A stretch of DNA of 64,000 bases from an uncultured Chloroflexia bacterium (GTDB lineage Bacteria > Chloroflexota > Limnocylindria > Limnocylindrales > CSP1-4). Shown in pieces: positions 20,831 to 30,972 of this stretch. Both the position numbers and the translations under genes were made by a program. The stretch is from positions 256,001 to 320,000 of the forward strand of contig CAVTHS010000003.1 in assembly GCA_963734535.1 (NCBI GenBank). Reading direction: 5' to 3'. Under the pieces are notes generated by a model that saw only the letters and a list, made by a program, of their open reading frames with translations, made no database searches and was not told the origin of the DNA. Position 1 is the stretch's first letter, and the number at the start of each line of letters is the position of its first letter.

Positions 20831-20921
20831 CCTCGTCAATGGCGACACCCTCCCTCGCGTCCATCTCGGGGATGGGGGCGCATCGGGAGGTCCCTGCGGC
20901 AAGCGTGCCACCGCGGCTCCC

Positions 20922-21182
20922 TTACAGGCGCCTCGTCCGCGCGACCCACCTGCTCCAAGCCTGGTCGGCCGCAGCGAGAGCCTCGTCGGCGGCGGCCTTC
21001 AGCTCGTCGTAGCGATCAAACCACGCCGGGTCGACCGGGGTGTCGGCGCTTCCCATCCATGGCCCACTCTCGGTCTCGACGGCTGCCCCGCCGTAGAGGT
21101 GCTCCTGGACGGCCTTCCTCGCCGCTTCGAGGTTGGCCTCCAGCTGGAGGTTCGCCTCCAGCACGCCGTCGATCTCGTCCAC
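20922..21182 (-). CDS. Hypothetical acidic helical protein (86 aa)
   Basis: Codon usage typical of this genome, SD-like AAGGTGAG, protein-like composition. Confidence 0.55.
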   Translation of the reverse strand: MDEIDGVLEANLQLEANLEAARKAVQEHLYGGAAVETESGPWMGSADTPVDPAWFDRYDELKAAADEALAAADQAWSRWVARTRRL

Positions 21183-21434
21183 GCGTCACGCTCACCTTGC
21201 TGAGACACCTTCCCGAGACAGTGAACCGCATCGTACGGCCGATGAGGCTCGGCGCCGCGCCGACCGTGCAGGTCGCGCCCTCGGCGACCAGTCGACATCA
21301 GCAGAGCCTTTGCGCATCGGGCCACCCTCGCGGGCGACGCGGGTCGATGTCGCCTGCCGGTCCGCCCATTCTCGCCGGGTTCGAGGTTGGCGCGACCAGC
21401 ACGTGCAATCCGGCACGGCTCGCCGAAGGTAGCG

Positions 21435-23375
21435 CTACTGGACCGAGTACCGCTCCACCGGGCTCCACGCGCTGTTCGCGTTCGTCAGCGTGGGATCGGC
21501 GACGGCCCGCACGTACCACTGGCCGCGGAGCGAGAAGCGCCACGTCGTGCTGGCCCGCCCGCCGGAGTCCGCGGGGACGTCGCGCTTCGCGACGGAGACC
21601 CAGCGGCCACTCACGAGGCGCCAGAACTGGAACGTCACCTTCGCCGGTGCGAGCGTGGGTCCGATCGGCCGGACGGTAGCCGTGAAGGTGATCGACGATC
21701 CCGCGGTCACGTTCCTGACGTGGCCGAGGTTGGTGGGCCGCAGCAGGGCGAGCTGCCGGATCACGACGCGGACGGCCGGGCTCGTCGCAGGGCCGAGGTC
21801 CGGGTCGCCGGCGTAGACCGCCTGGAACCGCGTGTTCACCGGCGGCCTGTATTGCATCGAGGCGTGGCCGGACGCGTCGGTTGTCATGGTGGCGATGTCG
21901 GACCACTGGGTCTCGTTGGCCTGCATGCGCTGGAGCGTCACGGAGCGGTTGGCGCCCGACGTCGCGCCCGACGTGGCGACCTGGACGTCCAGTGTCACGG
22001 TCTGGCCCCAGGCGGCGACGGCGGTGCTGGGCTTCACGCTCAGCTGCGCGGCGGGGAGCGTGATGCTGAAGGTGACGGGCGTGCTCGTGCCGCCTCCCGG
22101 CGGTTGGTTGAGGACGGTCACGGAGCCCGTCCCGGGCGTGCCGGTCAGGCTGCCTGGCACGACTGCCGTGAGCGCCGTCGGCGAGACGTACGTCGTGACC
22201 AGCGGCGATCCGTTCCAGTAGGCCGTCGAGATGCCGGCCGCGAAGTCGGCGCCCTGGATCGCGAGGTTCAGGTCGCCACCGCCTGCCGCGACCGTGGCGG
22301 GCGTGACCCCGGCAAGGATCGGCGGTGCGTTGGGCGGGACGACGGGAGGTGCGACGGGCGGCAGCGGCAGGTAGTTGAAGGTCATGCCGGTCAGGTCGCT
22401 GCCGTTGTACCGGTCCAGGTCCACGCACCCGGAGATGCCCGCTACGGTGCCGCAGTTGCTGTACTGCCAGAAGGTCCAGCCGTGGCCACCCCAGTTGTTG
22501 CCCGGGGCTGTCGGGCTCGACGTGAACCAGTGGGCGACCCAGAGGACCGAATAGCCCTGGTCGGCGAACATCGACGTATCGCCCATCGAGTTCGCCCAGA
22601 AGTTCGGGCTTGTGTAGATCATCGGCCGGACCCCGAGCTTCGCGTAGACCTCGCCGAGCCATGCGCCGACCCATGCCTGCAGGGCGGCCGTGGACAGCCC
22701 ACCGGTCTGCTCGAGGTCGAGGGCCGGGATGAGGTCGCCGGGGAGCAGCGCAGCATTCTGGGCGAACCAGTCGGCCTGGATGACCGCATCGTTGGGGAGA
22801 TCCAGGGGCCACGCGAAGTGGTACGCGGCGATCGGCAGCCCGACGGCCCGGGCGCCGGCGTGGTTCGTGGCGTAGGTCGGATCGACGTACGTCTCGCCCA
22901 CCGTGGCCTGGATCACGACGAAACGCCTGCCGGAACCGGGCACCTGCGTCCAATCGATCGTGCCCTGGTAGTGGCTGACGTCGATCCCCTCGAGGTAGAC
23001 GGGGGGCGGCGGTGGTGCGGCCGAGGGCTGGAAGAGACCGGTGGCGGCATAGGCCACACTCACGCCGTAGAGCGTCGCGACGCTCGTGCCGCCGACCGCG
23101 GTGATGGCGTACCAGGTGCTCCCCGACTCGGACGGCGTGCACGTGGCGGTCCAGGCATCGCCGATCACCGTGCCCGTCGTGGTCACCACCGTCCCCGTGG
23201 GCATGCTGATGATCGACGTGCCGGACGTTGAGGGTGTCTGGCGGAGCCGGGCCGTGCAGGCGGCGGCGTAGTACGTGTCGGCGGCAGCGACGCCGTCAGG
23301 AGCGAGCGGCGCGAGCGCCAGTGCGACGAGGAGCGCGATGACGGCCGGGACAGACCGGCGATGCACGGACTGCAT
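21435..23375 (-). CDS. Secreted modular GH25 lysozyme/muramidase (signal peptide, SH3-like, GH25, IPT/TIG, Ig-like domains)
   Basis: GIDVSHYQGTIDW, AYHFA, PALDLE, PMIYTS, LWVAHW, WTFWQYS, VDLDRYNG; signal peptide after ATG 23375 with SD GGGGAG. Confidence 0.88.
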   Translation of the reverse strand: MQSVHRRSVPAVIALLVALALAPLAPDGVAAADTYYAAACTARLRQTPSTSGTSIISMPTGTVVTTTGTVIGDAWTATCTPSESGSTWYAITAVGGTSVATLYGVSVAYAATGLFQPSAAPPPPPVYLEGIDVSHYQGTIDWTQVPGSGRRFVVIQATVGETYVDPTYATNHAGARAVGLPIAAYHFAWPLDLPNDAVIQADWFAQNAALLPGDLIPALDLEQTGGLSTAALQAWVGAWLGEVYAKLGVRPMIYTSPNFWANSMGDTSMFADQGYSVLWVAHWFTSSPTAPGNNWGGHGWTFWQYSNCGTVAGISGCVDLDRYNGSDLTGMTFNYLPLPPVAPPVVPPNAPPILAGVTPATVAAGGGDLNLAIQGADFAAGISTAYWNGSPLVTTYVSPTALTAVVPGSLTGTPGTGSVTVLNQPPGGGTSTPVTFSITLPAAQLSVKPSTAVAAWGQTVTLDVQVATSGATSGANRSVTLQRMQANETQWSDIATMTTDASGHASMQYRPPVNTRFQAVYAGDPDLGPATSPAVRVVIRQLALLRPTNLGHVRNVTAGSSITFTATVRPIGPTLAPAKVTFQFWRLVSGRWVSVAKRDVPADSGGRASTTWRFSLRGQWYVRAVADPTLTNANSAWSPVERYSVQ

Positions 23376-23571
23376 TCGGTTCTCCCCGTGCTCAAGGTCC
23401 GCGTCGACACGGCAACGCCGCGCGCGAGGACCATCCTGGGCGGAGGGGCGCGCGCCTGGCACGAGCGGGTGTGCCAGGGCCTCGAAGCACGCGCGCTGCG
23501 AGGCAGCCTCGAGGGATGCTACCAACTCACGGCAACTCGTGTCATGCGGCCGGCAGCGGATGACCAGCGCG

Positions 23572-23765
23572 GGTGATGCCGGCGAGGGTGTCAACCTCGC
23601 CCGGGGGGAGTGGTAGTGCTGCCGCGTCTACGCGGTCCTCGGACTTGCGGAGCCCGCCCTCTGGCACGCCAGGCGCTGCCTCGACATCGACGAGGCGAAC
23701 GGGATCGCCGGCTGGGACATGGCGAGCGCCTGCGAGGCGATCTCGCGACGCTCGCGCTCAGCTGA
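23572..23765 (+). pseudogene. Remnant of a conserved TPR-like hypothetical protein with an in-frame TAG
   Basis: Reads GDAGEGVNLARGEW*CCRVYAVLGLAEPALWHARRCLDIDEANGIAGWDMASACEAISR, matching my recollection of a family with NLARGEWQ.SRVYAVLGRAEPAL.HARRCL; no N-terminus or start found. Confidence 0.6.
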
Positions 23766-23938
23766 CGCGCGGCCAGACGTCGCCCGACAACGGGCAACGA
23801 GACGAAGGCAGTCCTCGGTCACCTCTGGACAGGTGGGAACCCCGAGTCATCGCCGCGGGAGAACGGGACGCCGAGATGCGGGCCAGCCGACCCGGCTATC
23901 GTTGCCCCGACGGCCCCCGGCGGCCCGAGGCGGTCGGC

Positions 23939-23987
23939 CGGGGTCGTTCAGGCACTGGAGACGGGGTCGTTCAGGCACTGGAGACGG
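23939..23987 (+). repeat. 23-bp exact tandem duplication containing the pckG SD
   Basis: CGGGGTCGTTCAGGCACTGGAGA at 23939-23961 and 23962-23984, followed by CGG. Confidence 0.92.
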
Positions 23988-23990
23988 ACC

Positions 23991-25853
23991 ATGGGCGCGA
24001 TGCACACACGATCAGGCGGCGGGCTCGCGGACCGTGCGGTTCCGGGCACGACGGGTGGGGACCGACCGACCGACATCCCGGCGCTGACCAGCTGGGTCGA
24101 CGAGATCGCGGCGCTGACGGAGCCCGAGGCCATCCACTGGTGCGACGGCTCCGATGCCGAGTACGACGCTCTCTGCGACCGCCTCGTCGAATCCGGCACG
24201 TTCACACGCCTCGATCCAGTCCTGCGGCCGGACAGCTTCCTGGCCCGCTCCGATCCGAGCGATGTCGCGCGGGTGGAGGACCGGACATTCATCTGCTCGC
24301 GCGACGCCATCGACGCCGGCCCGACCAACAACTGGCGCGACCCGGACGAGATGCGCACAACCCTCACCGACCTCTTTCGCGGCTGCATGCGGGGCCGGAC
24401 CCTCTACGTGATCCCGTTCTCGATGGGCCCCATCGGGTCGCCGATCAGCCGGCTGGGGGTCGAGATCACGGACTCGGCCTACGTCGTCGTCAACATGAAG
24501 ATCATGACCCGGATGGGCACCGCCGCCCTCGACGCCATCCGCGCGGCGGGCGACTTCGTCAAGTGCCTGCACTCGGTCGGGGCGCCGCTCGCGGCCGGCC
24601 AGGCCGACGTGCCGTGGCCCTGCGACGCGGCAACGAAGTACATCGTCCAGTTCCCGGAGCCCCGCGAGATCTGGTCGTACGGCTCGGGCTACGGCGGCAA
24701 CGCGCTGCTCGGGAAGAAGTGCTACGCGCTGCGGATCGCGTCGGTGATCGCGCGCGACGAGGGCTGGCTCGCCGAGCACATGCTGATCATCAAGGTCACC
24801 AACCCGGACGGGCGGAGCAAGAACGTTGCCGGCGCGTTTCCGTCCGCGTGCGGCAAGACGAACCTGGCGATGCTCGTCCCGACGCTGCCCGGCTGGCGGG
24901 TGGAGACCGTCGGCGACGACATCTGCTGGATGCGCCCCGGCCCGGACGGCCGTCTCTACGCGATCAACCCGGAGGCGGGGTTCTTCGGCGTCGCCCCGGG
25001 TACCAACACGAAGACCAACCCGAACGCGATCCGCTCGGTGGAGCGCAACACCATCTTCACGAACACGGCGCTGACGGACGACGGCGACGTGTGGTGGGAA
25101 GGCCTCACCGAGACGCCGCCGGCCCACCTGATCGACTGGACGGGCAAGGACTGGACGCGCGATTCCGGCCGCGTGGCGGCCCACCCGAACTCCCGGTTCA
25201 CCGCGCCTGCTGGCCAGGACCCGGCGATCGCGCCCGAATGGCAGGACCCGGCAGGCGTTCCGATCGACGCGATCATGTTCGGAGGGCGCCGGTCAACCGT
25301 CGTGCCGCTCGTTCGCGAGGCGTTCGACTGGACGCACGGCGTCTTCCTGGGCTCGATCATGAGCTCCGAGACGACCGCCGCGGCGATGGGCGAGGTCGGG
25401 AAGCTGCGCTTCGACCCGTTCGCCATGCTCCCGTTCTGCGGCTACAACATGGCCGACTACTGGGCCCACTGGCTGGAGGTCGGCGCCGCGAGCAGCCCGG
25501 AGCTGCTGCCCCGGATCTACTACGTGAACTGGTTCCGGCGCGACGCCCAGGGAAGGTTCCTGTGGCCCGGATTCGGCGAGAACAGCCGCGTCCTCGAGTG
25601 GATCTTCCGGCGCGGCGACGGTGAGGCCCGGGCGGTCGAGACCCCGATCGGGTTCCTGCCGGAGCCGAGCGACATTGACACCACGGGCCTCGACATGGCG
25701 CCGGCGGACCTCACCGAGCTCCTCCGGGTTGACAGCTCCGCCATCGTTGCCGAGCTGCCGCAGTTCGAGCAGCACTACGCGCGCTTCGGCGACCGCCTGC
25801 CCGCCGCCCTTCGAACCGAGCTCGATCGGATGGCGGAGCGCCTCCAGGCGTGA
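23991..25853 (+). CDS. pckG: Phosphoenolpyruvate carboxykinase (GTP)
   Basis: [83 protein letters not shown]. Confidence 0.97.
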   Translation: MGAMHTRSGGGLADRAVPGTTGGDRPTDIPALTSWVDEIAALTEPEAIHWCDGSDAEYDALCDRLVESGTFTRLDPVLRPDSFLARSDPSDVARVEDRTFICSRDAIDAGPTNNWRDPDEMRTTLTDLFRGCMRGRTLYVIPFSMGPIGSPISRLGVEITDSAYVVVNMKIMTRMGTAALDAIRAAGDFVKCLHSVGAPLAAGQADVPWPCDAATKYIVQFPEPREIWSYGSGYGGNALLGKKCYALRIASVIARDEGWLAEHMLIIKVTNPDGRSKNVAGAFPSACGKTNLAMLVPTLPGWRVETVGDDICWMRPGPDGRLYAINPEAGFFGVAPGTNTKTNPNAIRSVERNTIFTNTALTDDGDVWWEGLTETPPAHLIDWTGKDWTRDSGRVAAHPNSRFTAPAGQDPAIAPEWQDPAGVPIDAIMFGGRRSTVVPLVREAFDWTHGVFLGSIMSSETTAAAMGEVGKLRFDPFAMLPFCGYNMADYWAHWLEVGAASSPELLPRIYYVNWFRRDAQGRFLWPGFGENSRVLEWIFRRGDGEARAVETPIGFLPEPSDIDTTGLDMAPADLTELLRVDSSAIVAELPQFEQHYARFGDRLPAALRTELDRMAERLQA

Positions 25854-27382
25854 CGCCGCCGATCGACGACGGGGACCTTCTCGCGACGCTCGACGACCTG
25901 GACCCCGCCCAGCTCGGCGGGCTCGGCGACATGAGCCCGGGGCAGTTCCGGGCCGCCGCCCACGCGACGGTCGACGTGCTCGCGGACTACCTGGAGCACG
26001 TCGAGGACTTCGCGATCCTGCCGCGGATCGAGCCGGGCACGCTCCGCGACCAGCTGCCGCAGGCGCCGCCGGACGGCCCGGAGCCGGTTGGCGCCATCCT
26101 GGCCGACGTGGCGCGACTGGTGGAGCCGAACGCCACGCACTGGCAGCACCCCGGCTTCCTTGCCTACTTCGCGACGACCGCCTCGGGCCCGGGGATCCTC
26201 GGCGAGTTCGTGACGGCCGTGCTGGGCCAGAACCCGATGTTGTGGCGGACGTCGCCGGTGGGCACGGAGCTGGAGGAGGTGGTCGTCGGCTGGCTTCGCC
26301 GCGCGCTCCGTCTGCCTGACGCGTTCGACGGGCTTCTGACCGACACGGCCTCGACGTCGTCGCTCATCGCGATCGCGGCGGCGCGAGAGGCCGCCGGCCT
26401 GGACGCGGCTGCCCTCGGGCTGGCAGGTCGCCCGGAGATCGGCGCGCCCGCCGTCTACGCGTCGGAGGAGGCGCACAGCAGCATCGAGAAGGCCTGCATG
26501 ACGCTGGGCCTGGGCCGCAGCGCCTGTCGCAGGATCCCGACCGACGACGTGTACGCCATGCGGACCGACGCGCTGGAGGCGGCGCTCGCGGCCGACCGGG
26601 CAGCCGGGCGCCTGCCCATCGCGGTGGTGGCGACGATCGGGACGACCTCGTCGACGGCTGTGGACCCCGTGCCGGCGATCGCGGACGTCGCGGAGCGCGA
26701 GGGGCTCTGGCTGCACGTCGATGCGGCGTATGGCGGCGCGGCGGCGCTCCTGCCCGGGCGCCGGCATCTCTTCGCCGGCTGGGAGCGAGCGGACTCGATC
26801 GTGGTGAATCCCCACAAGTGGTTCTTCACGCCCCTCGACGCGTCGCTCCTGCTCAGCCGGCGAATGCCTTCGGTCCGTGCGGCCTTCAGCCTCGTGCCGG
26901 AGTACCTGCGCACCCTGGATCGCGAGCGGCCGGTCCACGACTTCAACGAGTATCAACCCCAGCTCGGGCGGCGGATGCGTGCCCTCAAGCTGTGGTTCCT
27001 CGTCCGATACTTCGGGCTCGAGGGGCTGCGCCGTCGGATCGACGCGCACTGCCGGATGGCGGCGGACCTTGCCGCGCAGGTCGACGCCGACCCGGATTTC
27101 GAGCGCCTGGCACCCGTCCCGTTCTCGACCGTCTGCCTGCGCTGGCGCCCGGCGGCGCTCGCCGGCCGCGAGGACGACCCGGAGGTCCGGGCTCGCCTGG
27201 ATGCCGCGAACGAGCGGCTGATGGCGGCCGTCAACGCCTCGGGCGAGATCTTCCTCTCGCACACGCGGCTTCGGGATCGATTCGCGATCCGCGTCTCGAT
27301 CGGCAACCTCCGCACGGAGCCGCGCCACGTTGCGCGCGCCTGGGCGCTTCTCCAGTCGGAGGCGGCGCGGCTCCCCGGGTGA
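25850..27382 (+). CDS. PLP-dependent group II decarboxylase (aromatic-L-amino-acid decarboxylase-like)
   Basis: [48 protein letters not shown] (PLP lysine), [12 protein letters not shown]; GTGA overlap with pckG. Confidence 0.92.
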   Translation: MTPPIDDGDLLATLDDLDPAQLGGLGDMSPGQFRAAAHATVDVLADYLEHVEDFAILPRIEPGTLRDQLPQAPPDGPEPVGAILADVARLVEPNATHWQHPGFLAYFATTASGPGILGEFVTAVLGQNPMLWRTSPVGTELEEVVVGWLRRALRLPDAFDGLLTDTASTSSLIAIAAAREAAGLDAAALGLAGRPEIGAPAVYASEEAHSSIEKACMTLGLGRSACRRIPTDDVYAMRTDALEAALAADRAAGRLPIAVVATIGTTSSTAVDPVPAIADVAEREGLWLHVDAAYGGAAALLPGRRHLFAGWERADSIVVNPHKWFFTPLDASLLLSRRMPSVRAAFSLVPEYLRTLDRERPVHDFNEYQPQLGRRMRALKLWFLVRYFGLEGLRRRIDAHCRMAADLAAQVDADPDFERLAPVPFSTVCLRWRPAALAGREDDPEVRARLDAANERLMAAVNASGEIFLSHTRLRDRFAIRVSIGNLRTEPRHVARAWALLQSEAARLPG

Positions 27383-27395
27383 CGCGCAGGCGCCG

Positions 27396-28145
27396 TCAGT
27401 GTGCCGGAACGGCGAGCGCGGGGAATGTCCTGGCGTAATCGAACGCGTAGGTGGTGGTGCCGGTCGGGTCGGTTCGCTGCGCCGTCAGGATCCGGTTCGT
27501 CGCGGGGTCAAGGCTGACACGGGCAGTGACCCGGCCGCCAAGGAAAGCGGAGGTCCCCAGGTAGGCCCACGTCCACGATCCGTCGGGTCCCACCGTCACG
27601 GACTCGCTGATCGAGCCGTCGCCCGGGCTGCCCAGGCTCCACGAGTCGGCGGGCTGGCCGATCTGCCGGAACCCGCTGACGAGCGCCGCCGCGCCGCAGG
27701 TCCATTTCCCCGGGACGCGGGCGAAGCCGGACTGCCCGTCATATGCTGCGCCGCCGATGCAGACGAAGACGAGCGTGCCGTTCACCAGCGTTGCCGAGGC
27801 GCTCGGCTCGAACCGGACCACGCCGGGACGTGGACCGGACGCGGTCACCTGCAGGTGCCGCGCCGCGGTCAGGCCGCGCGTGACGGCGGCCCAGAAGGAC
27901 GACGGCGTCGCGGCTGGCGTGCAGCAGGGCGGCTTCGCCGACGGGGTAGGGGAGAGGGCGGGGCTTGGCGTCGGCGCCGCGACGGACGCCGACGGCGCTG
28001 CGGTCCGGGTTCCCGGCTGGGCGTCTGTCGGCAGGAGGGTCGCCGACGCGCCCGACGTCCCCCCACACGCGGCCGTCGCGATCACCACCAGGAGGAGGCC
28101 GGCAAGCCGTGATCGCGAGCGCAGGCGGCCGGTGCGGCGCAACAT
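27396..28145 (-). CDS. Hypothetical lipoprotein with Pro/Ser/Thr-rich linker and beta-rich (LppX/LolA-like?) domain
   Basis: Basic N-terminus, hydrophobic stretch, lipobox TAAC; TACGAT 6 nt before the ATG. Confidence 0.65.
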   Translation of the reverse strand: MLRRTGRLRSRSRLAGLLLVVIATAACGGTSGASATLLPTDAQPGTRTAAPSASVAAPTPSPALSPTPSAKPPCCTPAATPSSFWAAVTRGLTAARHLQVTASGPRPGVVRFEPSASATLVNGTLVFVCIGGAAYDGQSGFARVPGKWTCGAAALVSGFRQIGQPADSWSLGSPGDGSISESVTVGPDGSWTWAYLGTSAFLGGRVTARVSLDPATNRILTAQRTDPTGTTTYAFDYARTFPALAVPAH

Positions 28146-28240
28146 CGGTCGATCGTACCGGGTTCGCGCGCTAGACTCCCCGCCACACCGACGCCGCCCG
28201 CGCGCCGCACGTCCGGCGGCACGCCAATCGAGGAATCCGC

Positions 28241-29761
28241 ATGGTCACCCAGGCTGCCCGCGACTACCCGATGTTCATCGACGGCGCCGCGGTCGACGCC
28301 ACCGGTGGGGCGTGGCTCGAGGTCCACAGCCCCGCGACCGGGGCGCTGGTCGGGCGCGTCCCGGCGGGCGCGGAATCGGACGTGGACCGGGCAGTCGCGG
28401 CGGCGCGGGCGGCCTTCCGTGACGGGCGCTGGAGCCGGCGCTACCTGCCCGAGCGAGCGGCGATCCTGGGCCGCCTGGCCGACCTGATCGAGTCCAACGC
28501 CGATGAGCTTGCGCTCCTCGAGACGCTCCAGACCGGCTCCGCGTACAAGCTTCGGCGCGACTCTGACCTTCCTTTCACGGTCGACAACCTGCGTTTCTTC
28601 GCGGGTGCGGTCCGGCACCTGGAGGGGAAGGCGGCGTACGAGTACTCGGGCAGCCACACCAGCTTCGTGCGCCGCGAGCCGCTGGGCGTCGTGGGGCAGG
28701 TGAGCCCCTGGAACTACCCGCTCTGGATGGCCATCTGGAAGATGGGCCCGGCGCTGGCCGCGGGCAACTGCGTCATCCTCAAGCCCGCCTCGTCCACGCC
28801 CCTGACCACGATTCGGCTCGCCGAGCTGGCCGCCGAGGCGGGCCTGCCCGCCGGCGTTCTCAACGTCATCACGGGTCGCGGCGACGTTGTCGGCGCTGCG
28901 CTCGCTGCCCACCCGGACGTGGACCTGATCTCACTGACGGGCGACTCGGAGACCGGGCGCCGGATCCAGGCGCTCGCCGCCGGCAACCTCAAGCGGACGC
29001 ACCTGGAGCTGGGCGGGAAGGCGCCCGTGATCGTGCACGCGGATGCCGATCTCGAGGCTGCGGCGCGGGGCGCCACCGCGGGCGCGCTCATCAACGGCGG
29101 GCAGGATTGCACCGCCGCGACACGCCTCTACGTCGACCGGCGCGTGCTCGAACCCTTGACGGCACGCCTCGTCGAGCTGTTTGCCTCGGTTCGCGTCGGC
29201 GATCCGCTGGATCCCGCGACTGATCTCGGGACGCTCATCAGCCCCGCGCAGGTGGAACGTGTCGACGGCTTCGTGCAGCGGGCGGTCGCCGCTGGCGCAC
29301 GCGTCCTCGTCGGGGGCACGCGCGCCGCGATCACGAGCCTGCCCGGTGGTGCCTTCTACCTGCCGACCGTGATCGTCGACGCGACGCAGGACAGCGAGAT
29401 CGTCCAGCAGGAGGTCTTCGGGCCTGTCCTCGTGGTTCTCCCGTTCGAGACGGAGGAGGATGCGCTGCGGATGGCGAACAACACCCGCTACGGCCTCGCG
29501 AGCTCCGTCTGGACGAGCGACCTTCGGACCGCGATGCGGGCGACGATCGAGCTCAACTTCGGCCACGTCCTGGTCAACGACCACCTGATGGTCACCAGCG
29601 AGATGCCGCACGGCGGCTTCCGCCAGTCGGGCTTCGGCAAGGACATGTCGATGTACTCGTTCGAGGAGTACACGCGCGTCAAGCACGTGATGATCGAGCT
29701 CACGGGCGAGGCCGAGAAGCCCTGGCACTACACGATCTTCGGTGACAAGCGGGCCGAGTAG
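28241..29761 (+). CDS. NAD-dependent aldehyde dehydrogenase (aminobutyraldehyde/betaine-aldehyde dehydrogenase-like)
   Basis: PWNYPL, LELGGKAP, NGGQDC catalytic Cys, EVFGPV, EMPHGGFRQSGFGKDMSMYSFEEYT. Confidence 0.92.
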   Translation: MVTQAARDYPMFIDGAAVDATGGAWLEVHSPATGALVGRVPAGAESDVDRAVAAARAAFRDGRWSRRYLPERAAILGRLADLIESNADELALLETLQTGSAYKLRRDSDLPFTVDNLRFFAGAVRHLEGKAAYEYSGSHTSFVRREPLGVVGQVSPWNYPLWMAIWKMGPALAAGNCVILKPASSTPLTTIRLAELAAEAGLPAGVLNVITGRGDVVGAALAAHPDVDLISLTGDSETGRRIQALAAGNLKRTHLELGGKAPVIVHADADLEAAARGATAGALINGGQDCTAATRLYVDRRVLEPLTARLVELFASVRVGDPLDPATDLGTLISPAQVERVDGFVQRAVAAGARVLVGGTRAAITSLPGGAFYLPTVIVDATQDSEIVQQEVFGPVLVVLPFETEEDALRMANNTRYGLASSVWTSDLRTAMRATIELNFGHVLVNDHLMVTSEMPHGGFRQSGFGKDMSMYSFEEYTRVKHVMIELTGEAEKPWHYTIFGDKRAE

Positions 29762-30073
29762 GGAAGAGTCCGAGCCCGAAACAGGCATCTGGCGGGCCTC
29801 CAGCCAGGGCCCTGACCGCAGTGCCGACCGCTGTCCGTAGCTGGGTCAGACCACTTCGGCGCGGCCGAGGATCTTCGAGATGCCGCCGAGCTCCTCGAGC
29901 TCGGCGGCCAAGCGGGCGACAAGCGCCGGGGTTCATCCTGACGGGCGCCCCGGCAACGCGCCGCCCGTGACGATCTCGCCTTTGGACGACCAGTCGACGG
30001 CTGGGCGACCGGGGGAACTTCACATCCAAAGGCTCTTGCCGCCGGTGGTAACGGCCACCACCCTGTACGGTCA

Positions 30074-30147
30074 CGCGGGAGGCTCTGACACGCGGCCCAC
30101 ACCCAGGCCACCGGAGCCAGCCGAGCCACTGGCGAGACCGAGACGCG
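30074..30147 (+). ncRNA. Candidate cyclic di-GMP-II riboswitch
   Basis: GGAGGC-TCT-GA...GA-GCC kink-turn, GCGGC/GCC(A)GC stem, loop GCCA able to pair with downstream TGGC, 3' GAGACCGA; in the leader of a lipoprotein gene after TACGGT. Matched by eye only. Confidence 0.5.
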
Positions 30148-30166
30148 GGGAAGAAAGGCGACGCAG

Positions 30167-30832
30167 ATGCGAAGTCGACCACTCGCCGTCGCCGTCCTGA
30201 TGGTGCTGGCTGGCTGTGGCGGAACGCCGCCGGTTGCACAGGTGGACACGCCCGCGCCATCCGCTCCCCGCGTACGTTCCCACGCTTCCGCGCCACCACC
30301 GACTCCGATGCCGACTCCGACGCCGACGCGTCGGTGACCGAAGCGGAGCTGGCTGCCGTCTGTTCGGGAAGAGCAATCTCGTCGGCAGCGCCCTACGCAG
30401 GCAAGGTCCATCCGTTGGTCGTCATCGACGAGTGGCTGGGCCGCTACGTCGATTCGGTCTACGTCATCAACAAGAAGCTCGACAACGGCACGTGGCAGAG
30501 CTCGCAGATCCAGCTTGTCGTGTGCGTTCCATTCGATCACGAAAGCCAGCGTGAACGTGGGCTCATGCGGTCGAACCTGGAAGAGGAAGAGCGACGGTGT
30601 GACCGGCGAGCTCCTCCTGCAGCGCTACAAGATGACGATCCGAGTGGTGGTCGCCAGGACGGGCAAGACCCTCCAGACGAAGGTGCTCGTCGGCTCCCTC
30701 CCGACCTGTGGGGGGAAGTTCTCCTCCCTCGACCTGAGCGTCGAGCCGCCCTGGAAGGGATACGGCTCCGAGGTCACGGTCTCGCAGATCAATCAATACG
30801 CCACGGCCGTGTCGAACCAGCCGGTGAAGTAG
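30167..30832 (+). CDS. Hypothetical Cys-containing lipoprotein, split by at least two frameshifts
   Basis: MRSRPLAVAVLMVLAGC lipobox, PT-rich linker, then VTEAELAAVC...IQLVVC (ORF 30334) and VGSCGRTW...LPTCGG...QPVK* (ORF 30515); SD GAAAGG. Confidence 0.62.
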
Positions 30833-30972
30833 CCCATGCCCTGGCGACGGCTTGGGTCAAGATCGAGCAGACTCCTGGTGGGCCGGCCGCGCAGACGACG
30901 TGTAGGACCGACCCACAGTCGTGACTGACCCAGCGAGGCGCGCCGGCACGGTGAGCGACGGGGCCTGAGCCG

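Noticed and set aside
23376-23560. c-di-AMP (ydaO) riboswitch upstream of the muramidase
   Set aside because: Hairpins are present, but the conserved GGGGAACC, GGGTGAA and CCCG..AGCT blocks are not.
23614-23616. Pyrrolysine or other TAG read-through
   Set aside because: The gene also lacks its 5' end, no pyl genes are in view, and a CAG-to-TAG mutation explains it.
29846-29940. Minus-strand protein-like stretch PALVARLAAELEELGGISKILGRAEVV*
   Set aside because: No in-frame start and no family recognised; too short to support.
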